A stretch of 64,000 nt of DNA from Balanoglossus misakiensis (taxonomy: Eukaryota; Animalia; Hemichordata), in assembly GCA_040954595.2 (NCBI GenBank), contig CM082598.2:7517097-7581096 (forward strand), given 5' to 3'. The notes beneath the pieces were generated by a model that was given only the letters and a program-made list of their open reading frames with translations, did not search any database and had not been told where the DNA came from. The position numbers and the translations under genes were made by a program. Of this stretch, positions 25,409-38,480 are shown one piece after another. The stretch's first letter is position 1; each line of letters begins with the position of its first letter.

Positions 25409-26908
25409 CACTTTCGCTGCGGGAGGGCGTTTTCTGCGCCGGCAGTCAGAATGCGGGAGGCGCATAAATGCGCCAAGATCGCGTCCGTTACTTGGTCTGT
25501 TCTATTTTATGTTCGTTGCTTATTTACTCATTTTGTATGACTTTATATAGGACAGGGGTCAACCCTAATTGAGCATGCGCATATGTATTGTAAACAATCA
25601 AGTTGATTTTGTCATCAAAGGGTTTCCTTATACAGCTGATTTTAGGTCACCCCGATCATATTTTTTCATTCACTTGGTATTTAAAAATGGCGACACGGGC
25701 AAAGTTTCATGCCGACGAAGTTCTTGAACAAGTCTTTCAGGATAGTGACAGCGATCATAGCGATAGCGGAAGCCAAATTACGGACAACAACATCATAGAA
25801 CCAGAAATAGAAGCTAGACACGGAGAAAACAGAGTAGAGACACAGAGAGAGGGAGGGTTTTTGCCATGTTCTCGGACGTCGTAACGTTGATGGTGACACG
25901 CGGTGGGTTTTGTATGACGTAAATGACAATTACACACCGGACTGGTTATCTGTATACGATCATCGCTAAGGTTTATTAGTTGACACTGATGACTTTGCAC
26001 CCGTTGACTTTTTTCAGCTGTTCTTTCGTGCTGATGTGTTTGAGTTGATGTCATTGTCAGAGCAAACTGATATGTACACCGCACAATTTTTTTACAACCC
26101 TGCAATTGATGAGTTGCCCTTCCGGTCAAGATTTCGCTAGATGCCTACTTCACTGAATTAAATGAAGGCGTAGGTTTCTTTGCAAATCATGATGGGACTT
26201 TGCCAGAAGTCTATGTTGTCAGAGTATTATATCCATTTGAAATGAATTGCCAAAACAGTACTATGCTAATGAATTTTTTTTTTAAATGTGTGTATATTCA
26301 TATTTACCAATCTTGATTTCTTCAACTTGCAATTCATTAAAACGTAGAGTATTTAATAAATTACTTAATGAATTTATTTTATTATTATTATTTATTTACA
26401 AATTCAATCATTCACCTTTTCACTAATAAACTCTATTTCTTTCTCAGATTTTAAACATGTATACATGTAAATGGTGGGCATGATTTGATAATTCTTTTTA
26501 TGGTCCATTAATAAATTTGATCAAATTTCTTGCTCAAAAGTCACTTGTTATTCCCTTTTATACAGGGGGAAGTTGTTTTTGACTATTTTTGTCTGTCAGC
26601 TGTGATACAATGAAATAAATATAGTATTTCAGTCACTTATATTACAATATCTGTTGTTTTTACCATATTTCGACAGAAATCCATTATGGCCGCCAGTGTC
26701 ACATGACCAATTAATGGTCATGTGACCATTTTTCAGTTTTATTATGTTGGTTGTCTTATAAAATATACTTGCTGGAAATATCATTGCATATACTTTCATA
26801 TTACAAGAGAGAGAGATGGTAAAGTAAAACATTGTTTATTAGTTAAATTTAACATAGGAAACTATGCACAGGAATACATTAGCATATATTAACTACGCAG
26901 TGAAAGTG
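25409..26908 (+). mobile_element. piggyBac transposon, internally deleted (1500 bp)
   Basis: TTAA TSD at 25405-25408 and 26909-26912. 13-bp TIR CACTTTCGCTGCG / CGCAGTGAAAGTG (1 mismatch). The empty site AAGACAATTAAAAC is seen in a sister unit at ~29278. Confidence 0.93.
25687..26215 (+). pseudogene. piggyBac (PGBD-like) transposase N-terminal remnant with a frameshift and stops
   Basis: ATG at 25687 gives MATRAKFHADEVLEQVFQDSDSDHSDS (acidic N-terminus). A shifted frame from ~25970 reads GLLVDTDDFAPVDFFQLFF...EQTDMY...SRFR*MPTSLN*MKA*VSLQIMMGL, matching the piggyBac motifs P.DFF.LFF, ETN.Y and W.P....EM.A..L...MG. The catalytic core is absent. Confidence 0.85.
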
Positions 26909-29900
26909 TTAAACTTACAAGCAGCATTGCAGGGGCTAAACTGGTTAGCATGGTTTCAAAAGAAAGCAAAGGCTGTATCTGTTGTGGATGCCAAGAAATG
27001 GTAAAGTACTTCATTAGGTGTTCCAGTCCTCTAAATATGAAACATGCATCTGCTGTGCATGCCAGGTTATGGGAAAGTAGATCAAAGGTCATTGCCAAAA
27101 TTATCAAAAAATTAGGTTATGTTCCGGCAGCAGTAGTACTCATGTAAACAAAATCATGACTGTTGTGCTTTTTAACAAGAATCGTATCCACGTACAATTA
27201 AGTTCAGAAAACACTGGATCAAAAGAAGTGTAGTTGTCAAAATTTTGTATAATCAAGTTCTGAGAAAACTGGATCAAAAACATGTATTCTGGTCATATGG
27301 CGACTCGTATCCATACAAAAGTTTTATCCAATAAGGTTGAACCAATCACAATTCACTTGAAAACTTAAGTAGAAAAAGATTTTTGACATTTTTAACGAGA
27401 TTTTTCAAAAATCCATAATAAATCCAAAGTCACATGACCACTAACATTATTATTGAAAAAAAATGGAACCGCACAGTAAATTAGAACTTTATTGGCCTTG
27501 TAATTTTTGAAAAAAGTAAACTTTTAAAGGTTATCAGAAAATCCAATATGGCCGCCATGACGAAGACAAAGCTAAAAGCAGCATTGGAGGGATGAATGTC
27601 CTTAGCATGGTTCCAACAGAAAGCAAAGGCTGTATCTGTAGCAGATGCCGAGAAATGGTAAAGTAAGCCAGATGTCATGCAAAATTGTGCCAACAAATTT
27701 TGATATCAAACTGATCAGTGTCTAACAAAATCCAGATTTCTAAGCTCTATTGGTTAACTTAAATTAGATTATGTACAAAATTATTGTGTAAAAGTTTAAT
27801 ACTTCATTGGGTGTTCCAGTCCACCAAATTTGAAGGCTGTATCTGCTGTACATGCCAAGGCATGGGATAGTAGATCAAAGGTCATTGCCAAAATTATCAA
27901 AAGATTTGGGTTGTGTCCTGGCAGCAGTAGTACTCATGTGAACAAAATCATGACTGTTGTGCTTTTTAACAAGAGGCATATCCACATAAAATAAGTTCTG
28001 GAATTACTGGATCAAAGAACATGTGGAAGTAGTCTAATAATTATGATATATTCTTGTCCTACGGTGACTCATATCCATAAAAAGAATTTGTGTGGTTTCA
28101 ATGAGCACGCTAGAAATAGGAAATTTTTGTCTTTTATCGGAGATCAGAAAATCCAATTTGGCTCCAATAAGGTTTACCCAATCACATTTTACTTGAAAAC
28201 TTGATTAGAAATAAATGTTTTCAAATTTTTTTATTCTATTTTTCAAAAATCCAAAGCCACATGACCACTAACGATATTATTGTCAAACATTGAACCGCAC
28301 AGTCAATTTGATCTTGATTGGCCCTGTAGTTTTTGAAAAAAAATGTCACCTTTTAAAGGTTATCCAAAAATCCAATATGGCCGCCATGAACAAGACAATT
28401 ACAACTAAAAGCAGCATTGGCGGGACCAACGTGGTTAGTATGGTTCCAACAGAAAGCAAAGGCTGTATCCGTTATGGATGCTGAGAAATGGTAAGTAAGC
28501 CAGAGGTCATGCAAATTTGGGCCAACAAATTTTGATATCAAACTGAGCTGTGTCCAACAGAAAACAGACTTCTAAGCTCTATTGGTTAATTTGAAATAGC
28601 TTATGTACATAATTATGTGTGAAAGTTTAATACTTCATTAGGTGTTCCAGTCCACCAAATTTGAAGGCTGTATCTGCTGTACATGCCAAGGCATGGGATA
28701 GTAGATCAAAGGTCATTGCCAAAATTATCAAAAGATTTGGGTTATGTCCTGGCAGCAGTAGTACTCATGTGAACAAAATCATGACAGTTGAGCTGTTTAA
28801 CAAGAGGCATATCCACATAAAATAAGTTCTCGAATTACTGGATCAAAGGACATGCGAGAGTCGCAAACAAGTTGTTTAATCAAGTTTTGTAAAAATTTGA
28901 TCAAAGAACATCTGAAAGTAGTCTAATAATTTTGATATATTCTGGTCCTATGGTGACTCATATCCATAAAAAGAATTTGTGTGGTTTCAACGAGCACGCT
29001 AGAAATAGAAAATGTTTGTCTTTTATCGGAGATCAGAAAATCCAATTTGGCTCCAATAAGGTTTACCCAATCACAATTTACTTGAAAACTTGATTAGAAA
29101 TAGATTTTTTGATTTTTTTATGATATTTTTCAAAAATCCAAAGCCACATGACCACTGACGATATTATTGTCAAACATTGAACCGCACAGTCAATTAAAAC
29201 TTGATTGGCCCTGTAGTTTTTGAAAAAAATGTCACCTTTTAAAGGTTATCCGAAAATCCAATATGGCCGCCATGAACAAGACAATTAAAACTAAAAGCAG
29301 CATTGGAGGGACCAAAGTGGTTAGCATGGTTCCAAGAGAAAACAAAGGCTGTATCTGTTATGGATGCTACGAAATGGTAAGTAAGCCAGTGGTCACGCAA
29401 ATTTGTGCTAACAAATTTTGATATCAAACTGAGCTGTGTCCAACAGAAAACAGACTTCTAAGCTCTATTGGTTAACTTGAAATAGCTTATGTACATAATT
29501 ATTGTGTTAAAATTTAATACTTCATTAGGTGTTCCAGTCCACCAAATTTGAAGGCTATATCTGCTGTACATGCCAAGGCATGGGATAATAGATCAAAGGT
29601 CATTGCCAAAATTATCAAAATATTTGGGTTATGTCCTGTCAGCAGTAGTACTCATGTGAACAAAATCATGACTGTTGTGCTTTTTAACAAGAGGCATATC
29701 CAAATTAAATAAGTTCTTGAATTACTGGATCAAAGGACATGCGAGAGTCGCAAACAAATTGTTTAATCAAGTTTTATAAAATCTTGATCAAAGAACATGT
29801 GAAAGTAGTCTAATAATTGTGATATATTCTGGTCATATGGTGACTCGTATCCATAAAAAAGAATTTGTGTGGTTTCAATGAGCACGCTAGAAATAGGAAA

Positions 29901-30288
29901 TTTTAGTCTTTTATCGGAGATCAGAAAATCCAATTTGGCTCCAGCAAGGTTTATCCAATCACAATTTACTTGAAAACTTGATTAGAAATAGATTTTTGAA
30001 ATTTTTTTTATGATATTTTTCAAAAATCCAAAGCCACATGACCACTAATGATATTATTGTCAAACATTGAACCGCACAGTCAATTGAGAACACCAAATTT
30101 GAAGGCTGTATCTGCTGTACATGCCAAGGCATGGGATAGTAGATCAAAGGTCATTGCCAAAATTATCAAAAGATTTGGGTTATGTCCTGGCAGCAGTAGT
30201 ACTCATGTGAACAAAATCATGACTGTTGGGCTTTTTAACAAGATGCATATCTATGTATAATTTACTTCTTATAAAATAATGTAAAGGA

Positions 30289-32163
30289 CACTGTGGTGCC
30301 CTTTGGGGATTACACAGAAATTAGGTATTCGCCAGAATTAAATTCAGGGGTGACATTGGCAAGCATATATGGCATTACTATTTAAATACTATGGAAACAT
30401 AAAAAATTTAACTATGCCAAATAAAGTGTTATGTGTCACAGCAATCTTACAAGCTACACTAAAAAAACAACAACTGCTTTTTGTCCAAAAACTGTCTGTA
30501 AAAATACATGCGAGTATGACAAATTAATTAATCCAATCAGACAGAGGCATTCACTGACCTACCACCAGTTTATAATAAAATAGCTGGTGGTCCCTGTAAC
30601 AGCTGGACCATTAAAATTATATAAGGAAGTTCAGTTAAAAATTTACTCCAAGATTGCCTTTTATTTTTCTGATAAAAATGTTTATACATCTTAGTAGTTT
30701 ATAACAAAGAAAATTATCAAAATTGGTTCACCGGTTGTCTAGGTACAAACGAATCAAATAATACTGAGATTCTCAAATATCTTCACCATTTTTCAAAGAA
30801 TTTTACCAAATTATATAAAAATGCAAGATTCACAGAAGATTACTTCTTTCAGTTTTACAGGAGATCATCTAAACTTGTAAAAAAAATCTCTCTATTTTTT
30901 GCATGGCACCATGTAAAATATGAAAATTTGCAATGTTTGATGTTCCGTGTCTCAATCATGTTTGATCTAATTTTCACGAAATTTTCAGATTATATTACAA
31001 TATATTTGCAGATACAGATAGTGACTTATGTTTTTGATATCTGGATTATAATTTAATTCCCAGGTGCTCAAATATGGTAAACCTAGTATTTTACCATTGC
31101 AAATGGGCGGCCATATTGGGTTGACATTTCATTAGATGGCAATATTTGTTATACACTGCAATTTGCTGAAAATCAGTTCAATCACTGTAGTAAGTGGAAA
31201 TATTTAAATTCTTGTGTATTTTAGCAATCATGAAGCTGATATTACTACCAAAAAAATTTTATACAGTTACTTCTGGACAGCAAAAATTGCCATCATTCAA
31301 GTTAAAGTCACAGATCGGCCCTTTTGCTTGCCTGTGTCGAGCAGATATCAAAAGTGGAGAAAGTTGGATAGTTTAATTTCTACATGTTACCTGTACTACC
31401 CTTGTAGACTATTAACATTAACAAGAATTTCATATTAAATTTTGGTATGATATGCATGGAAAGACTGGCTGGCTATAAATCATAAAAATGGACGCCGTTG
31501 CACCATACAGTTTTACTGCAAACACACGTATTTTAAGCAAACTGTCTTTCATGTATTCCACTTTTCTCCCTTCCTTGCTGGCTTTCCCTATTTCTTTTCT
31601 GACTGTGTCTTTATGAAATTACTGATTTTTTTTTTTTTTTTCTTGGGGGGGGGGGGGGGGGGGTAATTCAATTTCTGGCTCAAATAAATGTACTAGAGCT
31701 GGTAAGGTTTCCTGAACATTAATGCCTGTATCTTTAACGCAGGTGTGCAAGTTCATATAAAGTTCATTGGTTAAAGGAATATTATGAGCTGATAAATTTA
31801 CTAAGCTCTTCTTTCCAGTTAGAAGCTCTGCTATATTATCAACTACTCTCAATGCTACTTCAATAATGTTGCCTGTGCAAATTGACAATCAAAATATCCA
31901 TTAGTTAGACAACATATTTGGTTGCGTAATTACAGAATAATTACTTTAATTCCATGCATACTCTACCTAAACTCAAATTAGAATATATTACTAAAATTAT
32001 AGTTATACACAGGTCTATAAAATGCTAAGAAAATGTAAAATCTAGGAAAGAACATCCATGGGCATTCAGCTCTTAGCAGATAACATCAGTCACTTTGAAG
32101 ACATGTCACTTCCCAGACTTTACTAAAAACAACTTCCAACTCTGACGTTAAACGCATCTCCAA
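30289..32163. repeat. Non-array block interrupting the tandem array; its 30815-32163 part is duplicated at 36264-37587
   Basis: ATAAAAATGCAAGATTCACAGAAG starts at 30815 and at 36264. The copies stay colinear to CATCTCCAA (~32163 and ~37587) with scattered substitutions. ORFs 31214..31438 and 36646..36891 share the same C-terminal peptide. Confidence 0.9.
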
Positions 32164-35100
32164 AAAATCCAATATGGCAACCATGAAGAAGACAATTAAA
32201 GCAACATGCTGCATTGGAGGGACCAAAGTGGTAAGCATGGTTCCAAAAGAAAGCAAAGGCTGTTTCTGTTGTGGATGCCAAGAAATAGTAAAGTAAGCCA
32301 GAGGTCATGCAAAATTGTGCTAACAAAATTTGATATCAAACTGATCAGTGTCCAACAAAAAACCAAACTTCTAAACTCTATTGGTAGTACTCATGTGAAC
32401 AAAATCATGACTGTTAAGCTTTTTAACAAGAAGCATATCCACGTACAATTAAGTTATGGAAAAAAAGGATCAAAGGACATTCGAAAGTTGCCCAAAAATT
32501 GTAACATAATCTGGTCATATGGTGACTCATATCTATTTAAAGGATTTGTGTAGGCTAGAAATAGGATTTTTTTTAAATTGTGTGTTTAGAAAATCTGATT
32601 TGGCTTTAATTAGGTTAAACCAATCACAATTCACTTGAAAATTTGATCAGAAAAAGATTTGTGAAATTTTTTATGAAATTTTTCAAAAATCCAATATGAC
32701 AACCAAGGTGACATGACAACTAATGATATTATTGTCAAACATTGAACCGCACAGTAAATTAGAACTTGATTTGCCTTGTAGTTGTTGAAAAGATGTCAAT
32801 TTTTAAGGGTTATCAGAATATCCAATATGGCCGCCATTAAGAAGAAATGGGACGGGCCCAAGCGGTTAGCATGGTTCCAAGAGAAAGCAAAGGCTGTTTT
32901 GTTATGGATGCTGAGAAATGGTAAGTAAGCGAGAGGTCACGCAAATTTGTGCTAACAAATTTTGATATCAAACTGAGCTGTGTCCAACAGAAAACAGACT
33001 TCTAAGCTCTATTTGTTTACTTGAAATAGCTTATGTACAAAATTATTGTGTTAAAGTTTAATACTTCATTAGGTGTTCCAGTCCACCAAATTTGAAGGCT
33101 GTATCTGCTGTACATGCCAAGGCATGGGATAGAAGATCAAAGGTCATTGCCAAAATTATCAAAATATTTGGGTTATGTCCTGGCAGCAGTAGTACTCATG
33201 TGAACAAAATCATGACTGTTGTGCTTTTTAACAAGAGGCAATTCCACATAAAATAAGTTTTGGAATTACTGGATCAAAGGACATGCGAGAGTCGCAAACA
33301 AATTATTTAATCAAGTTCTGTAAAAACTTGATCAAAGAACATGTGAAAGTATTCTAATACTTGTGACATATTCTGGTCATATGGTGACTCATATCCATAA
33401 AAAGAATTTGTGTGGTTTCAATGAGCAGGCTAGAAATAGGAAATTTTAGTCTTTTATCTGAGATCAGAAAATCCAATTTGGCTCTAATAAGGTTTACCCA
33501 ATCACAATTTACTTGAAGACTTGATTAGAAATAGATTTTTGAAATTTTTTAATGATATTTTTCAAAAATCCAAAGCCACATGACCACTAATGACATTATT
33601 GTCAACCATTGAACCGCACAGTAAATTAGAACTTGATTGGCCCTGCAGTTTTTGAAAAAAAATGTCAACTTTTAAAGGTTATCCGAAAAATCAATATGGC
33701 CGCCATGAAGAAGACAATTAAAACATTTACTAAAAGCAGCATTGGAGGGACCAAAGTGGTTAGCATGGTTCCAACAGAAAGCAAAGGCTGTATCCGTTAT
33801 GGATGCTGAGAAATGGTAAGTAAGCCAGAGGTCATGCAAATTTGGGCCAACAAATTTTGATATCAAACTGAATTGTGTCCAACAGAAAACAGACTTCTAA
33901 GCTCTATTGGTTAATTTGAAATAGCTTATGTACATAATTATGTGTGAAAGTTTAATACTTCATTAGGTGTTCCAGTCCACCAAATTTGAAGGCTGTATCT
34001 GCTGTACATGCCAAGGCATGGGATAGTAGATCAAAGGTCATTGCCAAAATTATCAAAAGATTTGGGTTATGTCCTGGCAGCAGTAGTACTCATGTGAACA
34101 AAATCATGACTGTTGTGCCTTTTAAAAAGAAGCAAATCCACATACAATTAAGTTCTGGAAAAAATGGATCAAAGGACATTCGTAAGTTGCCCAACAATTG
34201 TAACATAATCTGGTCATATGGTGACTCGTATCTATTTAAAGGATTTGTGTAGGCTAGAAATAGGATTTTTTTAAATTGTGTGTTTAGAAAATCTGATTTG
34301 GCTTTAATGAGGTTAAACCAATCACAATTCACTTGAAAACTTGATTAGAAAAAGATTTGTGAAATTTTTCATGAGATTTTTCAAAAATCCAATATGACAA
34401 CCAAGGTGACATGACCACTAATGATATTATTGTCAAACATTGAACCGCACAGTAAATTAGAACTTGATTTGCCTCGTAGTTGTTGAAAAGATGTCAATTT
34501 TTAAGGGTTATCAGAATATCCAATATGGCCGCCATTAAGAAGAAATGGGACGGTCCCAAGCGGTTAGCATGGTTCCAACAGAAAGCAAAGGCTGTTTTGT
34601 TGTGGATGCCAAGAAATGTTAAAGTAAGCCAGAGGTCACGCAAAATTGTGACACTAATTTTTGATCTTAAACTGATCAGTGTCCAACACAAACCAGACTT
34701 CTAAGCTCTATTTGTTTACTTGAAATAGCTTATGTACATATATAATACTTCTTTAGGTGTTCCAGTCCACCAAATTTGAAGGCTGTATCTGATGTACATT
34801 TCAAGGCATGGGATAGTAGATCAAAGGTCATTGCCAAAATTATCAAAAGATTTGGGTTATGTCCTGGCAGCAGTAGTACTCATGTGAACAAAATCATGAC
34901 TGTTGTGCCTTTTAACAAGAAGCAAAACAACATACAATTAAGTTCTGGAAAAAATGGATCAAAGGACATTCGAAAGTTGCCCAACAATTGTAACATAATC
35001 TGGTCATATGGTGACTCGTATCTATTTAAAGGATTTGTGTAGGCTAGAAATAGGATTTTTTTAAATTGTGTGTTTAGAAAATCTGATTTGGCTTTAATGA

Positions 35101-36263
35101 GGTTAAACCAATTACAATTCACTTGAAAACTTGATTAGAAAAAGATTTGTGAAATTTTTCATGAGATTTTTCAAAAATCCAATATGACAACCAAGGTGAC
35201 ATGACCACTAATGATACTATTGTCAAACATTGAACCGCACAGTAAATTTGAACTTGATTTGCCTTGTAGTTGTTGAAAAGATGTCAATTTTTAAGGGTTA
35301 TCAGAATATCCAATATGGCCGCCATTAAGAAGAAATGGGACGGGCCCAAGCGGTTAGCATGGTTCCAACAGAAAGCAAAGGCTGTTTTGTTGTGGATGCC
35401 AAGAAATGTTAAAGTAAGCCAGAGGTCACGCAAAATTGTGACACAAATTTTTGATCTTAAACTGATCAGTGTCCAACACAAACCAGACTTCTAAGCTCTA
35501 TTTGTTTACTTGAAATAGCTTATGTACAAAATTATTGTGTTAAAGTTTAATACTTCATTAGGTGTTCCAGTCCAACAAATTTGAAGGCTGTATCTGCTGT
35601 ACATTCCAAGGCATGGGATAGTAGATCAAAGGTCATTGCCAAAATTATCAAAAGATTTGGGTTATGTCCTGGCAGCAGTAGTACTCATGTGAACAAAATC
35701 ATGACTGTTGTGCTTTTTAACAAGAGGCATATCCACATAAAATAAGTTCTGGAATTACTGGATCAAAGGACATGCGAGAGTCGCAAACAAATTGTTTAAT
35801 CAAGTTCTGTAAAAACTTGATCAAAGAACATGTGAAAGTATTCTAATACTTGTGACATATTCTGGTCATATGGTGACTCATATCCATAAAAAGAATTTGT
35901 GTGGTTTCAATGAGCAGGCTAGAAATAGGAAATTTTAGTCTTTTATCGGAGATCAGAAAATCCAATTTGGCTCTAATAAGGTTTACCTAATCACAATTTA
36001 CTTGAAAACTTGATTAGAAATAGATTTTTGAAATTTTTTTATGATATTTTTCAAAAATCCAAAGCCACATGACCACTAATGATATTATTGTCAAACATTC
36101 AACCGCACAGTAAATTAGAACTTGATTGGCCCTGTAGTTTTAGAAAAAAATGTCAACTTTTAAAGGTTATCCGAAAATTCAATATGGCCGCCATGAAGAA
36201 GACAATTAAAACATTTACTAAAAGCAGCATTGGAGGGACCAAAGTGGTTAGCATGGTTCCAAC
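32164..36263. repeat. 0.8-0.9-kb tandem array (right part) with two unit subtypes
   Basis: The AATATGGC(C/A) core occurs at ~32170, 32824, 33693, 34522, 35312 and 36181. ORF pairs 33986/34776, 34090/34880 and 34480/35270 are offset by exactly 790 bp. Confidence 0.9.
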
Positions 36264-37587
36264 ATAAAAATGCAAGATTCACAGAAGATTACTTCTTTCA
36301 GTTTTACAGGAGATCATCTAAACTTGTAAAAAAAAATCTCTATATTTTTGCATGGCACCATGGTAAAATATGAAAATTTGCAATGTTTGATGTTCCGTGT
36401 CTCAATCATGTTTGATCTAATTTTCACGAAATTTTCAGATTATATTACAATATATGTGCAGATACAGATAGTGACTTATGTTTTTGATATCTGGATTATA
36501 ATTTAAATTCCCAGGCGCTCAAATATGGTAAACCTAGCATTTTACCATTGCAAATGGGCGGCCATATTGGGTTGACATTTCATTAGATGGCAATATTTGT
36601 TTATACACTGCAATTTGCTGAAAATCAGTTCAATCACTGAAGTAAGTGGAAATATTTAAATTCTTGTGTATTTTAGCAATCATAAAGCTTATATTACTAC
36701 CAAAATTTTTTTTATACAGTTACTTCTGGACAGCAAAAATTGCCATCATTCAAATCAAAGTCTCAGATCGGCCCTTTTGCTTGCCTGTGTCGAGCGGATA
36801 TCAAAAGTGGAGAAAGTTGGATAGTTTAATTTCTACATGTTACCTGTATAATCCTTGTAGACTATTAATATTAACAAGAATTTCATATTAAATTTTGGTA
36901 TGATATGCATAGAAAGACTGGCTGGCTATAAATCCCAAAAATGGACGCCGTTGCACCATACAGTTTTACTGCACACACGTATTTTAAGCACACTGTGTCT
37001 TTCATGTATTCCACTTTTCTCCCTTCCTTACTGGCTTTCTCTATTTCTTTTCTGACTGTGTCTTTATGAAATTACTGATTTTTTTTTGGTAATTCAATTT
37101 CTGGCTCAAATAAATGTACTAGAGCTGGTAAGGTTTCCTGAACATTAATCCCTGTATCTTAAACGCATGTGTGCAAGTTCATATAAAGTTCATTGGTTAA
37201 AGGAATATTATGAGCTGATAAATTTACTAAGCTCTTCTTTCCAGTTAGAAGCTCTGCAATATTATCAACTACTCTTAATGCTACTTCAATAATGTTGCCT
37301 GTGCAAATTGACAATCAAAATATCCATTAGTTAGACAACATATTTGGTTGGGTAATTACAGAATAATTACTTTAATTTCATGCATACTCTACCTAAACTC
37401 AAATTAGAATATATAACTGAAATTATAATTATACACAGGTCTATGAAATGTTAAGAAAATATAAAATCTAGGAAAGAACACCCATGGGCATTCAGCTCTT
37501 AGCAGATAACATCAGTTACTTTGAAGACATGTCACTTCCCAGACTTTACTAAAAAAATTCCAACTCTGAAGTGAAACACATCTCCAA
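36264..37587. repeat. Second copy of the 1.35-kb duplicated block
   Basis: Colinear with 30815-32163. It lacks the poly-G expansion present in copy 1 at ~31646-31662. Confidence 0.9.
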
Positions 37588-37879
37588 GTTGCATACACAA
37601 TATTATCATATACTGTTAGAGATTTATAATGGTTTAAGTGAAAAAATAAAGAGATGTAAACACCCCTGCCATTTATTCAGTGCCATGTAATGCTGCCATT
37701 ATGCACTGATTGACTCTAGCCACTTTCCCAGTGGGAGGAAAAAGACTTTAATGGACAACACCAACATATGACGTTAACAAGCGGGAAGAAACGAAAGTTA
37801 CTCAGTTTTTGGCATTTTATTTTTATTTGCAAGATCGAGAAATTAAAATATGACAAGTTTAGAAATCAATCAAATTACA

Positions 37880-38480
37880 CAAAATGTCCCACTTCGTATG
37901 GTGGCCATATTGGATTCTAAACTCCCTAGTAATATAAACATATAGTGTACTTAGTGAGTCTCAGTATATGGTAATCGACACAGTCAGACAAAACTCGGGT
38001 TACCCTTTGGAATATTCCTATCAAATTTCAAAGCAATCCCATATGCAGTTTCAGAAAAATCAGTATTTTCTCCAAAATTGTATAATATCTTACTTCAATC
38101 GCGTCAGGGAAGATGCCTACCAAAGCTCAAGGCAATCTGACATGCAGTTTGAAAGAACATAATTTTTGATGAAAAATTCCACAACTTTCACTCACAAAAC
38201 GCAAATATGTAAATTTCAAGTATTTTTGTAAATATCTCATTTAATTATCCCCAAGGAACATGCCTACAAAATTTGAAAGCAATCTCACAAGCGGTTTTAG
38301 AGAAAACAATTTTTGACCAAAAATGGCAAAAATTGCTACAAAATTATAAATATGCACATTTTTCATCAACCAGGTTTTCATCAACTGGGACCACACATAC
38401 AAAAGTATGCTTCAAAGCAACACGACTCTTGGAGAAAAAATGCTTGTCACCCTGGTCAAAAAATTGGCTTTACTAAAACA
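37880..38480. repeat. Dispersed repeat with internal subunits; a related copy lies at 41540-41990
   Basis: AAATTT(C/G)AAAGCAATC...AAGCGGTTT.GAGAAAAC.ATTTTTGACCAAAAAT occurs at ~38270-38330 and ~41678-41730, with further degenerate subunits nearby. Confidence 0.6.

Larger units (their letters stand above)
23990..30288. repeat. Tandem array of 0.8-0.9-kb units homologous to the adjacent HINE-like element (left part, interrupted by piggyBac)
   Basis: AATCCAATATGGCCG(C/T)CATGA recurs at ~25376, 27540, 28369 and 29256 (spacings 829 and 887). Units share blocks such as AAGGCTGTATCTGCTGTACATGCCAAGGCATGGG. Confidence 0.88.

Noticed and set aside
30815-37587. LTR retrotransposon suggested by 1.35-kb direct repeats
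   Set aside because: No TG...CA termini, PBS, PPT, TSD or gag/pol. The interior is tandem array.
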